Source: Catajapyx aquilonaris | Taxonomy: Eukaryota | Length of the DNA: 51,385 nt | Assembly (NCBI GenBank): GCA_000934665.2 | Contig: JYFJ02002767.1 | Span: forward strand, 1 to 51,385 | Reading direction: 5' to 3' | Part shown: positions 47,201-51,385 of the stretch, piece by piece | How the letters are laid out: each line of letters opens with the position of its first letter | Position numbering within the stretch: position 1 is the stretch's first letter | Program-made: the position numbers and the translations under genes | The notes under the pieces: generated by a model | Database searches by the model: none | What the model saw: only the letters and a program-made list of their open reading frames with translations | Told to the model about the DNA's origin: nothing

Positions 47201-49565
47201 GCTATTCTGCTAGTAGGCCCTACATATTTTTAGACCGCCGAGCCGCGCCGTGGTAGAGCGCTCATTTCTTCACGTGCTGATGTTTCTTCTGAATACCTGG
47301 TTGATTTGACAATTGCAATTTTATTGTGGAGATCCTCCCATGCCAATTTTCTTTTTGTCGCCTACGTAAATGTCACAGGCCTATAATGTACAGTACACTG
47401 AATATTGCGTGTATAGGGATCTAGGCGGTATTTTCTTGTATTTTAGGCGGCTTTAATGGGACCCGAAACAGTCTCTATTATGCATTTGTTCGGACGATTT
47501 TGTATTTGGTTTCAGTGAAGAATCGCCTCCATCTTTTACATTCTGATTTACATACTTTTGCTTTTGTTTTTATTATTTTCATAATTATGTCTTTAAATTG
47601 CAGAAATGTGTAAAACGGAACAAAATTACTTAATTCCAACATTATGGGCTAGTTTTTAAAATTCTTACTCCGTAGGTCAACGTATTGTTTGATGTAAACG
47701 TTGATACTTTTATGCCTAACTCACCTGTCGAAAATAATGTGGTAAGGCATAATTATACGGAATGACTTGGAAGATACCAGAATGTTGTCAGCCAGTGTCT
47801 CCGTGGTTACCAGCTCAATGCAGCTAGAAGCTCGAGAGCTAGCATTGCTCTTGCAAGGTAGAATGGAGGGTCCGTTGAGTGGTGTTAGGTGGACCCTGTC
47901 AAAATGAAGTTATTAAGAAGTTCTCTTTTGGAAGGTGTGGTTTATATAACTGACTTGAAACAGACGCAGTTGATGGTGCTAGACGGCGACATATCATCAG
48001 CCTTCAGGTCCAAAACTTCAAACGAGGCCACGAGCTGGAACAGCTCGCGAGCTATTGCACGTAACAATCCTGAGGATAAATGAGTCACACTGATTATATT
48101 AGTCATCATTGATTATGAACTTTGTTGTAGGATATATTCGGCCTAGTCCAACACAATGTTATTACACTGTGCCATCAGAAATGTGACATTCTGGTAACTA
48201 TAATACCTATGGCGACGTGATGATAGCCACTCCTGTAAGAGTAATACCAGAGGATAATCTCTCCCTTTTCCTCGTGGCAAGTAAACGCTGGTGATGTGAT
48301 TCCAGGATAGGCCGTTGACATAAGGTACCTGTGAGGAAAAAGTTTATCAGTTCCTGTATGCGATGAATCTCTAGTTATAAATATGATTTTCAGTTTTTGA
48401 ATGAGCGCTTTAATATGAACCAACTGTGACATGGTTTTTATTGCATTTAAAAATGGGCAAATTGAGAAAAGTTTTAAAACAACCTATTCTGCAGAGTGAG
48501 CATAAAAATCTTGCATAACTATATACAGTTATATCCTTTATAGCTTATGCTATAAATTCCAGTAACTACTCGTACGAACGTTATTTATATCGATAGTAAG
48601 AAAAATTGATCGGACTTTCTGTGGGCTTCGGTTCCTTGCAAATATTCCAAGACGAAAATTCCCTAGATGATTTTAGCCACTTCGGATTTTTTATGGAGAT
48701 GATCGCACGTTTTATTTCTTCACACACGCTGGTTATACAAGTAGTAGCTGTCATACTGTGCGTCCTGGGACCCACGTATAGCACGGTTGTGGGAAGAAAC
48801 AAAATGCGCGATTATCATCTCCGTAATAAATTTGAAATGCCCAAAATCAACCAGTGTAATTTAATAATTGGAGAATCGCAAGAGCTATATTTAAAAACGC
48901 CGGGAAGTACGGTGAAAATTATAATTAAAGATTATCATTACCTTTTCATCACACAATGCATACCGCATGGAAAAGGAATTTATGAGTTACCTTTCAAAGT
49001 CATTGTGATTAGACGTTCATCTGGGCAAGTCTAGAATAGGCTTACTAACCAGTGGAGATAATCGATGTTCGCGACAAACACTTGAAATGAGGATCCCAGA
49101 CCACGAAGCATGTCACCATAGCCCCTGTCCATGGCAAACTCTAAAAAGTATTCTCCAAAAAGGTCCAAAAGTGCTTCTGTCGGGACATCTGTAATCGTAT
49201 GATTTCAACTATCACTTAAATACCGCAACAAATACTTGTAACACGAATCTCACCTAGAACTGAAGTAGATGCCTGTACAAATCTCAAGGTTAAATCATCC
49301 GAATAAATTTTGAAAGTAAGGAAATCAGTCTGTTCGTCCAACCCAGATTCAAGCCTATAATACAGTCATAGTAAAGAAAAGTGTGTTAAAACTTGTTACA
49401 GGGTGAATAAGTGTAGTTGCAACTTACATTATCTTACTCAGTTGTTTCTCTCCAAACTTTGAAAGGATCAGTTCGCGCAAGCAGACGTGAATTATTCCAT
49501 ACTGTGAATAAATTAACAACTATTAAGGATACAGCTATTATGACAATTAAACACCTACTTACCAT
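44205..49565 (-). CDS. Soluble guanylyl cyclase beta-type (beta-2/atypical-like) subunit, about 614 aa, 12 exons, C-terminal CaaX
   Basis: Exons 49565-49563, 49501-49428, 49354-49254, 49188-49050, 48328-48207, 48069-47955, 47895-47725, 46928-46735, 46673-46499, 46424-46261, 45431-45002, 44361-44205 (1845 nt, all phases consistent). MYG start, heme His (IDYLH), YYSYR motif, PAS region PYHIIFD, coiled coil, catalytic FSDIV / KVETIGDAYM / PRYCLFGDTVNTASRMES; ends SRLCQLL. Confidence 0.95.
48686..48830. repeat. Short palindromic MITE-like hairpin in a guanylyl cyclase intron
   Basis: TTTATGGAGATGATCGCACGTTTTATTTCTTC...GAAGAAACAAAATGCGCGATTATCATCTCCGTAA. Confidence 0.65.
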
Positions 49566-50789
49566 TTTATAAGTGCCGCTCTGCGAAGTCTTGCTCTCTC
49601 AAGAACTAGCTGTCAAATGGTACATCCAAAAAAAGGTAGGTCATGGCATTAAAAAATCAATCAGTCGCTGTTAAGGAAATTGATAGATTCGAGACCAGTG
49701 AATATTAGCATGGGGTCCACAGCTTTTTGAATATTGCGTATGGCCACATTACGTTATTGAAGCGTCCTTTGAGAAATGAGAATGGTTCGTGTCATAGGCG
49801 CCATTTAATATTTCGGGAGTGCGCTTCTCAAAGTTACTAAGAATTTCCTTACCGTATTCAGATGAAGTTTGTCAGTTTCGTGCAAATGGGCTTGACAGCT
49901 ACTTGCACGATAGCCATCTTGCAATGATCAGTTCACGTGATGTGGGACTTCTGATTGAAGTGGGCAGTTGACATTCAATGGGATAGTATATAGTGCTGAG
50001 ATGCTGACTGATGGACATACTAAACACAGATTGCAGTGTATAGGTAAGCCCTTAGTGTCAGTCGAAAAAAATGATTAGGCATATATGCCTATGCTGGACG
50101 AACATGATAATAATGAAGGCTAAATAGCCCTTTTCATCTGTAAGGAGTTTTTTCTGCAATGTATGCATTTAGAGCAATCAATTCATAACTGGGCTTGCAT
50201 AATATTATGTGTAGTGTAATCTGCTCACTTTTACTTTGGACTATAGTAGTGTAATCAGTATCACTGACTTTTAACCAAGACTGAAAGAAAAATTCAACTT
50301 ACCTATTCTTATGACAGGCCTAGATCAGCAAGAAGATATGAGATATAAGCCAGCTCGATCCAGCTCTTTAACCATGTATGCGAGGGAAGGGCTGGTGTCA
50401 CCTGATATTATAGGACTTACAAGTGTGTCAACTAGGTAGGAGACTGTCAACTGCTGCCCAGTGAAGTGTGGTGCATCCAGCAGACGCGGGAAGACTACCC
50501 AGGAAACTGCCTCGAGTCGAGTCCTAAGTAAGCAGATTATAGTCAGACTCGAACTATCAAATGCTTGTACATTACCTCGAAGTAGGTAAGTCATGGAACT
50601 GATTGCTTTTCTTATAGTTTCATCACAGAAGAGGTAAACAGGACAATCAAGTTTTACCATCGCAGTTGACGGTACTCGGGCTCAGGGCCATACTTTGTCG
50701 TCTTCGGCTAATGCGAAGCGGGCCTAATTAGCAGGAAGCATCAAAGAGTGTTGATCTGCTTGAACATTATTTTAAGATATAATAGTCCG

Positions 50790-51385
50790 GGCCCTAAGCG
50801 CAAAAATCAGGCCTAACCTTGCATTTTGGGATAAGAAGGTCCCACTTGGCACATATGTTCCTTAGGCCTATAGGAGCAATTCCAGAGTTGCAGGCAACTG
50901 ATCGGCCCCTTAGGTCACGAGTTATGCGGTGTTGCCAACATGGCCGGGGATGACCTGAGCGTTTTTAACGTTGCATTTTGTGATAAGAAGGTGCCGCTTG
51001 GCACATATGTTCCCTAGGCCTGTAGGAGTCGTTTGAGACATGGCGGCACTTGATCGGCTAATTAGGTCAGGAGTTATGCGGTGTTGCCAACCTGGTCCTG
51101 GACCTAAGCGTTTTGTACCATTTTTAACTTTGCATTTTGGGATAAGAAGGTGCCACTTGGCACATATGTTCTTTAGACCTATAGGAGCAATTTCAGAGTT
51201 GCAGGCAACTGATCGGCCCCTTAGGTCACGAGTTATGCGGTGTTGCCAACCTGATCAGGGAACTAAGCGTTTTAACTCGGCACTTTGTGATGAGAAGGTG
51301 CCACTTGGCAGACATGTTCCCTAGGTGTATAGGATCCATTTGAGAGATGGCGGCACTTGATCGGCTCCTTAGGTCAGGAGTTATG
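50790..51385. repeat. Tandem satellite of about 150-160 bp monomers arranged as AB dimers; runs off the window end
   Basis: Monomers start near 50820, 50972, 51131 and 51279; units 1 and 3 share variants, as do units 2 and 4. Confidence 0.88.

Noticed and set aside
50325..50660. 111-aa minus-strand ORF upstream of the guanylyl cyclase
   Set aside because: No recognisable motif; the cyclase already has a canonical MYG start. At most a 5' UTR exon (donor near 50302).
50790..51385. CRISPR-like array
   Set aside because: Eukaryotic context, whole monomers repeat with no unique spacers, and no cas genes.

Overview
Repeat-rich eukaryotic genomic DNA, probably from an arthropod: the cofilin is very close to insect twinstar, many introns are only 57-80 nt, and there are (TAACC)n tracts. 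Gene models were built by hand from GT-AG splice sites and phase continuity. From left to right: (1) the 5' part of a minus-strand gene for a putative atypical C2H2 zinc-finger protein that continues past position 1; (2) a degenerate, intron-containing RTF1 (Plus3-domain) paralog/pseudogene on the minus strand; (3) an intact 5-exon cofilin/ADF (148 aa) on the plus strand; (4) an intact 8-exon membrane-anchored short-chain dehydrogenase/reductase (about 407 aa) on the plus strand; (5) convergent to it, an intact 12-exon soluble guanylyl cyclase beta-type subunit (H-NOX, PAS, coiled coil, cyclase; about 614 aa) ending in a CaaX box. Introns and intergenic DNA hold at least four tRNA-derived SINE families, many MITEs (Tc1/mariner-, PIF/Harbinger-, piggyBac-, hAT- and Sola2-like), a mariner relic and a dimeric satellite. 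The most striking non-genic structures are a 3.2 kb nested palindrome sharing its terminal sequence with a second 570 bp palindrome, and a tRNA-Gln-like sequence with a doubled anticodon stem. No database searches were run; family calls rest on remembered motifs.
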